DNA of 64,000 nt from a bacterium (GCA_030427205.1 JAUHXC010000011.1:172016-236015); one strand, 5' to 3'; shown: positions 31,403 through 44,406, counted from the first letter of the stretch. Made by a program: numbers and translations. Notes: generated by a model not told the origin, from the letters alone.

Positions 31403-32296
31403 ATGATTCGACCCCGAGAGCCATCGAACGCGACCGCCCGGCGGCCGCGTATGGGGTCGATCTGTCCGCGCGGCCGGGGTCCCGGTGCAGCGCTCGGCCC
31501 GCTGCTGGGCGCCGCCCTGGCGCTGCTCGTCGCGCTGCCCGCCGTCGCCGCGCCCCCCGGGCTGCGGCTGGTCGTCATCGACCCGGGCCACGGCGGCACC
31601 AACCTCGGGGCGCCCTCCCGGGTGCACCACCCGGTGCGTTACGAGAAGGAGTTCACCCTCAAGGTCGCCCGCAAGGTCGCCGCCCGCCTGCGCGAAGCGG
31701 GGGTGACGGTGGTCATGACCCGCGAGCGCGACCGCGACATGTCGCTCAAGGCCCGCATCAGCCTCGCCAACCGCCTGCGGGCCGACGCCTTCGTCAGCAT
31801 CCACCTCAACGCCACCGAGGTGCCCGGCCCCACCGGCCACGAGACGTTCTTCCTCGCGCTCGAGGCCACCGACGAGGCGGCGAAGCGGCTGGCCACGTTC
31901 GAGAACCGCGACCCGGTCGCCGTCGAGGGCGACGCCACCGCGCCGGTGCCCGACGACGCGGTGGGCGACATCCTGCTCGACCTCACCCGCGAGCGGGCCC
32001 ACCACGACGCGCAGCGGCTCGCCGAGCTGATCCAGCGGCGGCTGACCCCGCAGAGCCCGTTCAAGAACCGGGGGGTCAAGCAGGCCCCCTTCTTCGTGCT
32101 GATGGGGGCCGCCATGCCGGCGGTCGTCACCGAGATCGGCTTCATCAACCACCGCGCCGAAGGGCGCTACATCACCAGCGAGAAGGGCATGTCGGCCATC
32201 GCCGAGGGCATCGCCGAGGGCATCCTCGACTACGGTCGACTCGTCAACGCCCCGCGCAGCCGCCCCGCCTCGCCCCCGACCCCAGGAGACCCATGA
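31403..32296 (+). CDS. N-acetylmuramoyl-L-alanine amidase (amidase_3 family)
   Basis: VVIDPGHGG ... FVSIHLNA ... GHETFFL motifs; signal peptide; alternative start at 31451 possible. Confidence 0.8.
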   Translation: MIRPREPSNATARRPRMGSICPRGRGPGAALGPLLGAALALLVALPAVAAPPGLRLVVIDPGHGGTNLGAPSRVHHPVRYEKEFTLKVARKVAARLREAGVTVVMTRERDRDMSLKARISLANRLRADAFVSIHLNATEVPGPTGHETFFLALEATDEAAKRLATFENRDPVAVEGDATAPVPDDAVGDILLDLTRERAHHDAQRLAELIQRRLTPQSPFKNRGVKQAPFFVLMGAAMPAVVTEIGFINHRAEGRYITSEKGMSAIAEGIAEGILDYGRLVNAPRSRPASPPTPGDP

Positions 32297-33024
32297 CCGC
32301 CCAGCCCCAAGGCCGCCCCGACGGGCGCAGCCCCGATGTCCTGCGCCCGGTGCGCATCGAGCTCGACGCCCAGCGCGGGCCCGCCGGCAGCTGCATCATC
32401 CACTGGGGCAATACCCGCGTGCTGTGCGCGGTCAGCGTCGACGAGCGCACCCCGCACCACGTGCAGAGCGGCGGCTGGCTGACCGCCGAGTACTCGATGC
32501 TGCCCGGCGCCGGCAGCGAGCGGGTGCGCCGCCAGCGCAGCAAGGTCTCGGGCCGCACCGCCGAGATCCAGCGGCTCATCGGCCGCAGCCTGCGGGCGGT
32601 CGTCGACCTCGGCCGGGTCGGCACCCGCACCCTGTGGATCGACTGCGACGTGCTCGACGCCGACGGCGGCACCCGCTGCGCCTCGATCACCGGGGCCTAT
32701 GTGGCGCTGTGCCTCGCCATCCGCAAGATCGCCAAGGCCGATACCGTCAAGCCGGCCTACCCCCCGCCCGTCGCGGCGGTCAGCGTCGGCCTGCACCGCG
32801 AGAGGCCCGTGCTCGACCTGTGCTACGCCGAGGACCGCGACGCCGAGGTCGACCTCAACTTCGTGGCGACCGCCGACGGCATCGTCGAGATCCAGGGCAC
32901 CGCCGAGGGCCGCCCGTTCACCCGGGCCGAGCTCGACGAGATGTTGCGGCTGGCCGAGAAGGGCACCGCCGAGCTGATCGCCCTGCAGCGGGCGGCGCTG
33001 GCCACGGTGGGCATCGACCCGTGA
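32293..33024 (+). CDS. rph: ribonuclease PH
   Basis: ATGA overlap with amidase stop; GRSPDVLRPV..GSC..GNTRVLCAV...LDCDVLDADGGTRCASITGA typical RNase PH. Confidence 0.9.
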   Translation: MTAQPQGRPDGRSPDVLRPVRIELDAQRGPAGSCIIHWGNTRVLCAVSVDERTPHHVQSGGWLTAEYSMLPGAGSERVRRQRSKVSGRTAEIQRLIGRSLRAVVDLGRVGTRTLWIDCDVLDADGGTRCASITGAYVALCLAIRKIAKADTVKPAYPPPVAAVSVGLHRERPVLDLCYAEDRDAEVDLNFVATADGIVEIQGTAEGRPFTRAELDEMLRLAEKGTAELIALQRAALATVGIDP

Positions 33025-33659
33025 GCCGCCCGCAGACCCCGACCCTGGTCATCGCGACCGGCAACGCGCACAAGCTCGACGAGTACCGCGAGCTGCTGCC
33101 CGGTCTGCCGCTCGTCGGCCTCGATGGCTTCCCGCCCGGCCCGCCGGTGGTCGAAGACGCGCCGGACTACATCGGCAACGCCTTGATCAAGGCCCGCGCC
33201 GGCCACGCACGCAGCGGCCGGCCCACCCTGGCCGACGACAGCGGCATCGGCGTCGCCGCGCTCGACTGGGCCCCCGGCGTGCGCAGCGCGCGCTATGCCC
33301 CCGGCAGCGACCGCGACCGGCTCGAAGCGCTGCTCGCGGCCACCGCCGACGCCGAAGACCGGCGGGCGCGCTTCACCTGCGCCATCGCCATCGCCGGCCT
33401 GCCCGAGTCGGCCCTCGACGGCCCGCTGCCCGACGGCGTGCAGCGCCACGGCGACTGCCTCGTGGGGCTGGGCACCGTCGACGGCACGCTCACCCGAGCG
33501 CCACGGGGCGAGAGCGGATTCGGCTACGACCCGATCTTCCGACTGCCCGACGGCCGCACCGCCGCCGAAGTGGGCTCCGCCGAGAAGCACGCCATCAGCC
33601 ATCGCGGCCGCGCCACCCGGATCGTCGCCCCCGTATTGCGCCGGATCTTTTTTGGTTGA
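33021..33659 (+). CDS. rdgB: non-canonical purine NTP pyrophosphatase (RdgB/Ham1 family)
   Basis: GTG overlapping rph TGA; ATGNAHKLDEY...TLADDSGI...GFGYDPIF motifs. Confidence 0.85.
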   Translation: MSRPQTPTLVIATGNAHKLDEYRELLPGLPLVGLDGFPPGPPVVEDAPDYIGNALIKARAGHARSGRPTLADDSGIGVAALDWAPGVRSARYAPGSDRDRLEALLAATADAEDRRARFTCAIAIAGLPESALDGPLPDGVQRHGDCLVGLGTVDGTLTRAPRGESGFGYDPIFRLPDGRTAAEVGSAEKHAISHRGRATRIVAPVLRRIFFG

Positions 33660-33682
33660 CGGCGGGGGGGTCGATGTATAGC
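33656..33682 (+). promoter_or_regulatory. possible promoter for tRNA cluster (TTGACG-N15-TATAGC)
   Basis: ttgacg 33656..33661 (overlaps rdgB stop), tatagc 33677..33682; spacer shorter than optimal. Confidence 0.25.
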
Positions 33683-33707
33683 CTTCCGCGTCTCCGAGTC
33701 CCCCGGA

Positions 33708-33787
<80 letters not shown>

Positions 33788-33887
33788 GACTCGGACGGCT
33801 CTTTGACAGTCGGTCGGTCGAGGCCGCGCAGTTCATCGGGTGGCCGCCCACACGGCGCCGATGGTCCGTGCGAGGGCGAGCAAGTGC

Positions 33888-33960
33888 GCGCCTGTAGCTC
33901 AGTGGATAGAGCAGCGGCCTTCTAAGCCGTCGGTCGGTGGTTCGAGTCCACCCAGGCGTA
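33888..33960 (+). tRNA. tRNA-Arg (anticodon TCT)
   Basis: acceptor gcgcctg/caggcgt (G1-U72), anticodon stem gcggc/gccgt, loop ctTCTaa, T loop ttcgagt; no encoded CCA. Confidence 0.8.
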
Positions 33961-33966
33961 CCGTGT

Positions 33967-34044
33967 GGAGGATGTAGCTCAGTTGGTTAGAGCGCCGGTT
34001 TGTGGTACCGGATGTCGCGGGTTCAAATCCCGTCTTCCTCCCCA
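33967..34044 (+). tRNA. tRNA-His (anticodon GTG) with extra 5' G(-1)
   Basis: G-1 pairs with C73; anticodon stem ccggt/accgg loop ttGTGgt; T loop ttcaaat; encoded CCA. Confidence 0.8.
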
Positions 34045-34070
34045 ATTCTTCTCTCGGTGGCCGGGTGTGA

Positions 34071-34147
34071 GCGTCCGTAGCTCAGCTGGATAGAGCGTCG
34101 GACTTCGAATCCGCAGGTCGCAGGTTCGAATCCTGCCGGACGCGCCA
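34071..34147 (+). tRNA. tRNA-Arg (anticodon TCG as read from loop ctTCGaa)
   Basis: acceptor gcgtccg/cggacgc perfect, D arm gctc-agctggata-gagc, T loop ttcgaat, encoded CCA; backbone resembles bacterial Arg tRNAs. Confidence 0.7.
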
Positions 34148-34215
34148 CAGCATGCCCTCCGGGGGATGCGAGCCCGCCGCCGACCGTCGAGAGCAGGCCC
34201 GATCCGGGCCATCGT

Positions 34216-34288
34216 GGGCCATTAGCTCAATTGGCAGAGCAACGGACTCTTAATCCGCAGGTTGAAGGTTCGATTCCTTCATGGCCCA
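34216..34288 (+). tRNA. tRNA-Lys (anticodon CTT), copy 1
   Basis: acceptor gggccat/atggccc, anticodon loop ctCTTaa, T loop ttcgatt; followed by CCC (no CCA). Confidence 0.85.
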
Positions 34289-34293
34289 CCCCC

Positions 34294-34322
34294 GCCCCGA
34301 CCCGCCATGCGCGGGTCGGGGC
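34294..34322 (+). other. perfect 12-bp stem / 5-nt loop hairpin in spacer between the two tRNA-Lys copies
   Basis: gccccgacccgc-catgc-gcgggtcggggc; no T-run, so likely processing/structural element rather than terminator. Confidence 0.5.
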
Positions 34323-34384
34323 GGTGCTCTCGACCCACGGCACCGACCCCGGCGAGGCGCGTACCGCCCTCCTCCTCCTCCTTC

Positions 34385-34460
34385 GGGCCATTAGCTCAAT
34401 TGGCAGAGCAACGGACTCTTAATCCGCAGGTTGAAGGTTCGATTCCTTCATGGCCCACCA
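34385..34460 (+). tRNA. tRNA-Lys (anticodon CTT), copy 2 (identical mature sequence)
   Basis: identical 73-nt body to copy 1 plus encoded CCA. Confidence 0.85.
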
Positions 34461-34466
34461 CATCCT

Positions 34467-34550
34467 GCGAGGGTGGCGGAACTGGTAGACGCACTGGATT
34501 TAGGTTCCAGCGGTCGTGAGACCGTGGGGGTTCGAGTCCCCCTCCTCGCA
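34467..34550 (+). tRNA. tRNA-Leu (anticodon TAG), long variable arm
   Basis: acceptor gcgaggg/tcctcgc, anticodon stem ctgga/tccag loop ttTAGgt, variable arm cggtcgtgagaccgt, T loop ttcgagt. Confidence 0.8.
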
Positions 34551-34649
34551 CCGATCGACCGTCCCGACGTATCGCTCGGCCCGACGCCTCGGCATCGGGT
34601 CCCAACCCGCCACAGGACCGGGCGTCCCGGCGCCCCTGCAAGACCACAT

Positions 34650-36044
34650 ATGCAACTCGAGATCGAAGAGCTCGGCCCCGTTCGCAGGCGCGCCCGCATC
34701 GAGGTGCCCGCCCCCCGTGTCGATTCGGCCTTCTCCGGGGCCTACAATCGCATCGCCCAGCGGGTCTCGCTGCCCGGCTTCCGCAAGGGCCGGGTGCCGA
34801 TGAGTCACCTGCGCAAGCGCTATGGGCGGCAGGTGACCTCCGACGTCACCAATGAACTGCTCGAACAGGGCTTTCGGACGCTGATCGACGAGCACAAGCT
34901 CAGCCCGCTCGGCCAGCCCGAGGTCGACCTCGAGCCGGCGAAGCAGGGCCGGTCGTTCGTGGCCACCCTCACCTTCGAGGTGGCCCCGACCGTCGAGCTG
35001 CTCGACCCGCAGAGCTACGCCGTCGAGCAGGAGAAGTGGACCGCCTCCGAGGCCGTCGTCGACCACGAGCTCGAGCACATCGCCGAGCGGGTCGCCGCGT
35101 TCGAAGACGTCACCGACCGCGAGATCGCCGAGGACGGCGACCAGGTCGTGCTCGACTACCGCGGCGAGATCGACGAGGTGCCCTTCCCCGGCGGCACCGC
35201 CAGCGACGCCACCCTCGAGCTCGGCAGCGGCCGGTTCATCCCCGGCTTCGAAGAGCAGGTCGTCGGCCAGAAGGTCGGCGAAGACTTCGCCATCGAGGTC
35301 GCGTTCCCCGAGGACTATCCCAGCGCCGATCTGGCCGGCAAGCCCGCGGTGTTCCACTGCACGCTCAAGGGCCTCAAGGCCAAGGTCGTGCCGGCCATCG
35401 ACGACAGCCTCGCCGAGAAGGTGGGGCTCGAGAACCTCGCCGACCTCAAGGCGCGGGTGAAGGCCGACATCGAGAACCACTTCAACAGCCAGTCGGCGGG
35501 CACCGCCCGCGACGCGCTCAAGGTCGAGATCGGCAAGGCCTACGACTTCGAGGTGCCGCCGGTGCTGCTCGAGGCCGGCCTGGCCGACAAGCGCAACAGC
35601 CTGGTGCGCGAGGCGATCCAGGAAGGCGTCGCGCGCGAAGAGGCCGAAGAGAAGGCCGACGCCGCGCTCGAAGAGCAGCGTGACGAGGTGGTGCGCGCGT
35701 CCCGGGCCGAGATCGTGCTCGACCAGATCGGCGACGCGCAGGACATCAGCGTCTCCGATCAGGAAGTCGACATGTACGTCGAGCACATCGTGCGCCAGAC
35801 GGGGCAGTACGGGCCGCGATTCCGTCAGGTGTACGCCGATCCGAATCGTCGGGCCGGTCTGCGGCGTCGAATGCGTCAGGACAAGGTGCTTGATTTTCTC
35901 CTGACCAAGGCTAACGTGACCGCGATCCCGAAGGATGTGCCCGAACACGACCACGGGCACGACGATGATCATGACCACGACCACGATCATGATCACGACC
36001 ACGCGCACGATCACGGGGAACAGCCAGAGGACGCCGCCGAATGA
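34650..36044 (+). CDS. tig: trigger factor (ribosome-associated chaperone / PPIase) with His/Asp-repeat C-terminal tail
   Basis: ATG 34650; N-terminal ribosome-binding (GFRKGRVP), FKBP-like middle ([17 protein letters not shown]...[15 protein letters not shown]), C-terminal helical domain; tail [24 protein letters not shown]. Confidence 0.9.
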   Translation: MQLEIEELGPVRRRARIEVPAPRVDSAFSGAYNRIAQRVSLPGFRKGRVPMSHLRKRYGRQVTSDVTNELLEQGFRTLIDEHKLSPLGQPEVDLEPAKQGRSFVATLTFEVAPTVELLDPQSYAVEQEKWTASEAVVDHELEHIAERVAAFEDVTDREIAEDGDQVVLDYRGEIDEVPFPGGTASDATLELGSGRFIPGFEEQVVGQKVGEDFAIEVAFPEDYPSADLAGKPAVFHCTLKGLKAKVVPAIDDSLAEKVGLENLADLKARVKADIENHFNSQSAGTARDALKVEIGKAYDFEVPPVLLEAGLADKRNSLVREAIQEGVAREEAEEKADAALEEQRDEVVRASRAEIVLDQIGDAQDISVSDQEVDMYVEHIVRQTGQYGPRFRQVYADPNRRAGLRRRMRQDKVLDFLLTKANVTAIPKDVPEHDHGHDDDHDHDHDHDHDHAHDHGEQPEDAAE

Positions 36045-36664
36045 GCAAGCCGGACTGGATGGAATTCGTACCGCGGGCCCTGATCCCGACGGTTGTCGAG
36101 CAGACCCACCGGGGTGAGCGGGGCTGGGACATCTTCAGCCGCCTGCTGAAGGACCGCATCATCTTCCTCGGTACGCCGATCGACGACCGCATCGCCAACG
36201 TCGTGATCGCGCAGCTGCTGTACTTGGAGAGCGAAGACCCCGACAAGGAGATCTCGCTGTACATCAACTCGCCGGGCGGGGTCATCACCAGCGCGCTGGG
36301 CATCTTCGACACGATGAACCACGTCAAGAGCCCGGTGAGCACCATCTGCCTGGGCCAGGCGGCGAGCGCGGGCGCGTTCCTGCTGTCGAGCGGGGAGAAG
36401 GGGCGCCGCTTCGCGCTGCCCCACGCCCGGATCATGGTGCACCAGCCGCTCGGCGGGGCGCAGGGCCAGGCCACCGACATCGAGATCCAGGCCAAGGAGA
36501 TCCTGCGGCTGCGGGACGTGCTCAACAAGATCCTGGCCGACAATACGGGCCAGAGCCTGGAGCAGATCGCCACCGATACCGACCGCGATCGCTTCATGAC
36601 CGCCGAGGAGGCCCGGGAGTACGGCATCGTCGACACGGTCATGAGCCGGGTGCCCAAGGGCTGA
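36041..36664 (+). CDS. clpP: ATP-dependent Clp protease proteolytic subunit
   Basis: ATGA overlap with tig; [11 protein letters not shown] (Ser), MVHQP (His) catalytic motifs. Confidence 0.95.
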   Translation: MSKPDWMEFVPRALIPTVVEQTHRGERGWDIFSRLLKDRIIFLGTPIDDRIANVVIAQLLYLESEDPDKEISLYINSPGGVITSALGIFDTMNHVKSPVSTICLGQAASAGAFLLSSGEKGRRFALPHARIMVHQPLGGAQGQATDIEIQAKEILRLRDVLNKILADNTGQSLEQIATDTDRDRFMTAEEAREYGIVDTVMSRVPKG

Positions 36665-36752
36665 CCGCCGGCGACGTCCGCCGGGCACGGGGGCGGACCT
36701 GCGCGGCGTCCCCGTCCGCCATCGTTCGAACGCGCCCACCGAGGAGGCCTCT

Positions 36753-38006
<1,254 letters not shown>

Positions 38007-38094
38007 CCGAAGACGGCGGCGACCCGACCATGGGCAACTGAATCTGCCCCACGACACCTAGACCGACGCGGCGCCCCCGCGGCTTGGACGGCCC

Positions 38095-40542
<2,448 letters not shown>

Positions 40543-40580
40543 GCGGGTCTGCCGGCGACCGGCGGGGAGAAGCGCATCGG

Positions 40581-40653
40581 GGGCGGGTAGCTCAGTTGGT
40601 AGAGCAGCGGCCTTACATGCCGCGGGTCGCAGGTTCGAGCCCTGTCCCGCCCA
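40581..40653 (+). tRNA. tRNA-Val (anticodon TAC)
   Basis: acceptor gggcggg/cccgccc, anticodon stem gcggc/gccgc loop ctTACat, T loop ttcgagc. Confidence 0.85.
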
Positions 40654-40723
40654 CCCATCGCTTCCCCTGCCGGTCACCCGGCGCCGGCGCGGGCGAGAAA
40701 ATCACCCCGGGCTGTTTTTCTTT

Positions 40724-40752
40724 TTGACGTGCCCCCGAACCCCTGATAAATA
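40724..40752 (+). promoter_or_regulatory. near-consensus sigma-70-like promoter for tRNA-Asp (TTGACG-N17-TAAATA)
   Basis: ttgacg 40724..40729, 17-nt spacer, taaata 40747..40752; preceded by GC hairpin + T-run (terminator of tRNA-Val). Confidence 0.45.
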
Positions 40753-40782
40753 TCCGCCTCACCGCACGCGGTGCTGACTGAT

Positions 40783-40856
40783 GGAGTCGTAGTTCAGTCG
40801 GTTAGAACGCCGGCCTGTCAAGCCGGAGGCCGCGGGTTCAAGTCCCGTCGACTCCG
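40783..40856 (+). tRNA. tRNA-Asp (anticodon GTC)
   Basis: acceptor ggagtcg/cgactcc, anticodon stem ccggc/gccgg loop ctGTCaa, T loop ttcaagt. Confidence 0.85.
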
Positions 40857-40860
40857 CTGA

Positions 40861-40897
40861 AACCCCGGATGCCTCAGGCATCCGGGGTTTCGCTTTT
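40861..40897 (+). terminator. rho-independent terminator after tRNA-Asp
   Basis: 13-bp perfect stem aaccccggatgcc/ggcatccggggtt with 3-nt loop, followed by T-rich tcgcttttcg. Confidence 0.6.
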
Positions 40898-40899
40898 CG

Positions 40900-40985
40900 A
40901 AGGCGTGCGGGTGCGCCCTGTGAGGTTGGGCGCCGTGCGGGTGCGCGCCGTGCGGATGGGCGCTGCGCGGGTGCGCGCCGTGCCC
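40900..40985. repeat. three imperfect direct repeats (about 29-bp period) with core TGCGGGTGCGCGCCGTGC
   Basis: ggcgtgcgggtgcgccctgtgagg / ggcgccgtgcgggtgcgcgccgtgcgg / ggcgctgcgcgggtgcgcgccgtgccc between two convergent terminators. Confidence 0.6.
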
Positions 40986-40990
40986 GCCAC

Positions 40991-41020
40991 GAAAAACGGC
41001 CACCCGAGGGTGGCCGTTCG
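40991..41020 (-). terminator. rho-independent terminator of ftsK (minus strand)
   Basis: minus-strand RNA: aacggccaccc-tcg-ggtggccgtt followed by UUUUU (plus-strand gaaaaacggccacccgagggtggccgtt). Confidence 0.6.
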
Positions 41021-41041
41021 TCCTGCGCGCCGCCGGCGGCG

Positions 41042-43942
41042 TCAGCCGGTATCGCCGTCCCAGCGCCCGACCAGCTCGTTGATCAGCGCCTTGTTGATCT
41101 GGCGTGGCTTTGCCCCCCGCCCCGGCCCCACCAGACCGTCGCGCTCCATCTGGTCGATGATGCGCGCCGCGCGGTTGTAGCCCAGCGACAGCCGCCGCTG
41201 CAGGTGGCTGGTGCTGGCCCGGCCATCGCGGGCCACGGTGCGCACCGCCTCCTCGTACATCGGATCCATATCCCCGCCGTCGTCGTCGTCGGGCCCCGAC
41301 TCGTCGGGGTCTTCGAGGATCGACTCGTCGAGGTAGTCCGGCTCCTGCTGCGCCGAGATGAACTCCACGATCTGGTGGATCTCCTCCTCGCTGACGAAGG
41401 CGCCGTGCACGCGGGTCAGCCGCGACGTGCCCGGGGGCATGAAGAGCATATCGCCCTTGCCCAGCAGGTTCTCGGCGCCGTTGGTCGACAGGATCGTGCG
41501 GCTGTCGATGGCGCTCGACACCTGGAACGCGATGCGGGTCGGGAAGTTGGCCTTGATCACGCCGGTGATGACGTCCGTCGATGGGCGCTGCGTCGCCAGG
41601 ATGAGGTGGATGCCCGCCGCGCGCGCCTTCTGGGCGATACGCGCCACGCAGTACTCGACCTCCTTGCCGGCGACCATCATCAGGTCGGCGAACTCATCGA
41701 TGACCACCACGATGTAGGGCAGCTTGCTCGGCATGTCGTCCAGATCGGGCAGATCGGGATCGTCCGCCGGGCTCCACATGGGCGCGTCGTCGCTGCCCGC
41801 GCGGGCCTCGACCGCCGCCGCCTGCGCCCGCAGCACCTCGGCCTCCGCCTCGGCGCGCGCCTTCTCGAGCTTCTTGTTGTAGCCGCGCAGGTCGCGCACG
41901 CCGGCGTCCTTCATCAGCTCGTAGCGCCGCTCCATCTCGTCGACGGCCCACTTCAGCGCCATCGACGCCTTCTTGGGGTCGGTCACCACCGGCAGCAGCA
42001 GGTGGGGGATGCCCTCGTAGATGCTCAGCTCGAGCATCTTGGGGTCGACCATGATGAAGCGCACCTCTTCGGGGGTCGCGTGGTACAGCAGGCTGGTGAT
42101 CATGCCGTTGACGCCCACCGACTTACCCGAGCCGGTCGTACCGGCGACGAGCAGGTGCGGCATCTTCGAGAGGTCGGTGACGTTGGCGTCGCCGTGGATG
42201 TCCTTGCCGAGCGCCATCGGCAGGTTGAGCTTCTTGTTGCGGAACGCCTTCGAGCCGATGATCTCCTTGAGGAAGACCATCTCCCGCCGCTTGTTGGGCA
42301 CCTCGAAGCCGACGACGCCCTTGCCGGGGATCGGCGCCACGATGCGCACCTTGACCGCCTTGAGGGCCATCGCCAGGTCGTCGGCCAGGCCGGCGATCTT
42401 GCTGATGCGCACCCCGGGGGCGGGCTCGAACTCGAACATCGTCACCACCGGACCGGGGTGGATCTCGGTGACCCGGCCCTCGATGCGGAAGGTCGACAGC
42501 GCCTCGACGAGCTTCTCCGCCTGCTCCTGCAAGAACAGCGGGTCGACCTCGATCTGGGACGACTCGTCGTAGTCGAGGAAGCGCAGCGGCGGCTTCTTGT
42601 AGTCGTCGTAGCGGGTCAGCTCGGGCAGCGGCAGGTCGAGCGGTTCGTCCTCCGGGCGCTCGTTGGCCTTGCGCGCCTTGACCACCGGCTTGCCCTCGGG
42701 CTCCGGCGCGGGGTTCGGATCGGCCTCGGCGGCGCCCTCGTCGATCGACGCGGCGATCACGGTGTCGCCGCCGCCGTCGAGCGCCGCCTGATCGAGCGGA
42801 TCGTCCAGCTGCACGCCGAGGGACTCGGCGTCGTGCACCTCGTCGCTCGCATCACCGCCCGCGTCACCGCCGAGCACGAAGCCCTCGTCGGCGGCGTCGT
42901 CGACGGCGCCAATGGTGAAGGGGCCCGAGGCCGCAGCCTGATTCTCGGCGGTCGCCGCGGCCTTCGCCCGGGCCTTGCCCTTACGCAACTTCTCGCTGCG
43001 GGCCTTCTCCTTACGCGCGCGGCGCCCCTTGAGCCGGATCAGCGGCTTGCGCTTCGGCTCGGCGACCTCCGGCTCATCGGACGTATCCGCCTCGGGCTCC
43101 TCGTCCTCCCACTGCTCGTCCTCATCGTCCTCCCACTGCTCGTCGGCCGCCGCGCGGGCCGCCCGCCGCTGCTCGCGACGGGCCTGCCGCTCGGCGCGAC
43201 GCTCGGCGCGACGCTCCGCCCGCTCGGCGCGCCAGCCGGCGAAGCGCTCGCCCAGGCCGCTGCGCACCTCGCCCGCCCGCTCCGCCGCGCCGCCCGCCGC
43301 CGACCTGGCCCGGCTGGCCACCGGCGCGGTCGCCCGGCTGAAGAGGCGCACGATGCTGACCCGGGTGGTGAGCACGAAGGTCAGCGCGATGACCGCGTAG
43401 ATGATGATGTAGGCCCCTGTCAGCCCGAAGAGCGCTTGCAGGACCTCGGCCCCGTAGGTGCCGATGAGCCCGCCGGCGTCGTGCCCGAGCACCATGCGCC
43501 CCGCCATCCACAGATGGGCCGCCATCGCCGAGCAGAAGACCAGCACCGGGTAGCCCACCGCGTCGGTCGGGCGGATGCGGACCCGCTTGCCCAGCATGAA
43601 GCACAGCCCGGGCACCGCCAGGGTCACCGGCAGCAGGAAGCCGGCCACCCCGAACACCCGCAGCAGCACGTCGGCCATCGACGCGCCCACCGGCCCGATG
43701 AGGTTGCGGGCGTGGCCGGTCGCCGCCGCCGGGCCATCGGGCGCGACATCTTCGGGGTGGAACGACGCCAGCGCCAGCAGCAGGCACAGCGCCGCGGCCA
43801 TCACCGCGATGCCGAGCACCTCGTTGCGCAGGGCGTCGGCCTCGAAGTCCGACGCGCGGCGCCGGGGGGCCTCTTTGGCCTTGCTCTTGCTCCGGCGCTT
43901 GCGCCGGGTGCCGGACGATACGGCCTGCGCGTCGGCTGCCAT
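41042..43942 (-). CDS. ftsK: DNA translocase FtsK
   Basis: Internal start MAADAQAV (cat 43940..43942, GAGGAGG RBS); N-terminal TM helices, long Arg/Glu-rich linker, C-terminal motor (GTTGSGKS Walker A, ...LLVDP... gamma domain winged helix). Confidence 0.9.
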   Translation of the reverse strand: MAADAQAVSSGTRRKRRSKSKAKEAPRRRASDFEADALRNEVLGIAVMAAALCLLLALASFHPEDVAPDGPAAATGHARNLIGPVGASMADVLLRVFGVAGFLLPVTLAVPGLCFMLGKRVRIRPTDAVGYPVLVFCSAMAAHLWMAGRMVLGHDAGGLIGTYGAEVLQALFGLTGAYIIIYAVIALTFVLTTRVSIVRLFSRATAPVASRARSAAGGAAERAGEVRSGLGERFAGWRAERAERRAERRAERQARREQRRAARAAADEQWEDDEDEQWEDEEPEADTSDEPEVAEPKRKPLIRLKGRRARKEKARSEKLRKGKARAKAAATAENQAAASGPFTIGAVDDAADEGFVLGGDAGGDASDEVHDAESLGVQLDDPLDQAALDGGGDTVIAASIDEGAAEADPNPAPEPEGKPVVKARKANERPEDEPLDLPLPELTRYDDYKKPPLRFLDYDESSQIEVDPLFLQEQAEKLVEALSTFRIEGRVTEIHPGPVVTMFEFEPAPGVRISKIAGLADDLAMALKAVKVRIVAPIPGKGVVGFEVPNKRREMVFLKEIIGSKAFRNKKLNLPMALGKDIHGDANVTDLSKMPHLLVAGTTGSGKSVGVNGMITSLLYHATPEEVRFIMVDPKMLELSIYEGIPHLLLPVVTDPKKASMALKWAVDEMERRYELMKDAGVRDLRGYNKKLEKARAEAEAEVLRAQAAAVEARAGSDDAPMWSPADDPDLPDLDDMPSKLPYIVVVIDEFADLMMVAGKEVEYCVARIAQKARAAGIHLILATQRPSTDVITGVIKANFPTRIAFQVSSAIDSRTILSTNGAENLLGKGDMLFMPPGTSRLTRVHGAFVSEEEIHQIVEFISAQQEPDYLDESILEDPDESGPDDDDGGDMDPMYEEAVRTVARDGRASTSHLQRRLSLGYNRAARIIDQMERDGLVGPGRGAKPRQINKALINELVGRWDGDTG

Positions 43943-44124
43943 GGATCCTCCTCGGGTCTCATCGCTGGAGTGTAGGATAATGTATACAATTGTCAACCCT
44001 CTCGCACATCGAGGCACATTGTGCTCTGGAAACCGCCCGCCGGTCGTCGCGCAGATCGCGGCGGCTTGATTTCCCCGCCGACGCCGCGCATGCTTTCGGC
44101 CAATCGTCGACCTGGAGACCGGCC

Positions 44125-44382
44125 ATGGCCCTCGACCCCGACTTCCTCGCCGCGCTCATCTGCCCCGACTCCCGCGAGCCGCTCGCGGAGGCCGACGCCG
44201 GGCTGGTGGACAAGGTCAACCGCGCGATCGCCGACGGGCTGAAGAACAAGGGGGGCGAGGCGGTGGAGAAGCCGCTCGACGGCGGCTTGCTGCGCGCCGA
44301 CGGCAAGGTGCTCTATCCCATCTGGAATGAGATCCCGAACCTGCTCGTCGACGAGGGGATCGCGGTCGACGAGCTGGGCTGA
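44125..44382 (+). CDS. Trm112-family small protein (UPF0434-like) with internal insertion
   Basis: LAALICPDSREPL ... KVLYPIWNEIPNLLVDEG matches Trm112p-like CP...YPI..GIP.LL pattern. Confidence 0.6.
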   Translation: MALDPDFLAALICPDSREPLAEADAGLVDKVNRAIADGLKNKGGEAVEKPLDGGLLRADGKVLYPIWNEIPNLLVDEGIAVDELG

Positions 44383-44406
44383 CGGCGGTCGGGCGGCCCG
44401 CGGCGC

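Noticed and set aside
31342-32292. 5' part of the 560-aa ORF 31342..33024
   Set aside because: It is out of frame with the amidase gene and overlaps it. Only the rph portion (from ATG 32293) is real.
34262-34649. ORFs overlapping the tRNA-Lys/tRNA-Leu genes and the N-terminal extension of the tig ORF (34431..)
   Set aside because: They run through tRNA genes. The tig start is at ATG 34650.
40818-41003. 61-aa minus-strand ORF encoding HGAHP repeats
   Set aside because: It is a translation artefact of the intergenic direct repeats, and it lies between two terminators.
41204-43975. 923-aa plus-strand ORF
   Set aside because: It is antisense to ftsK.
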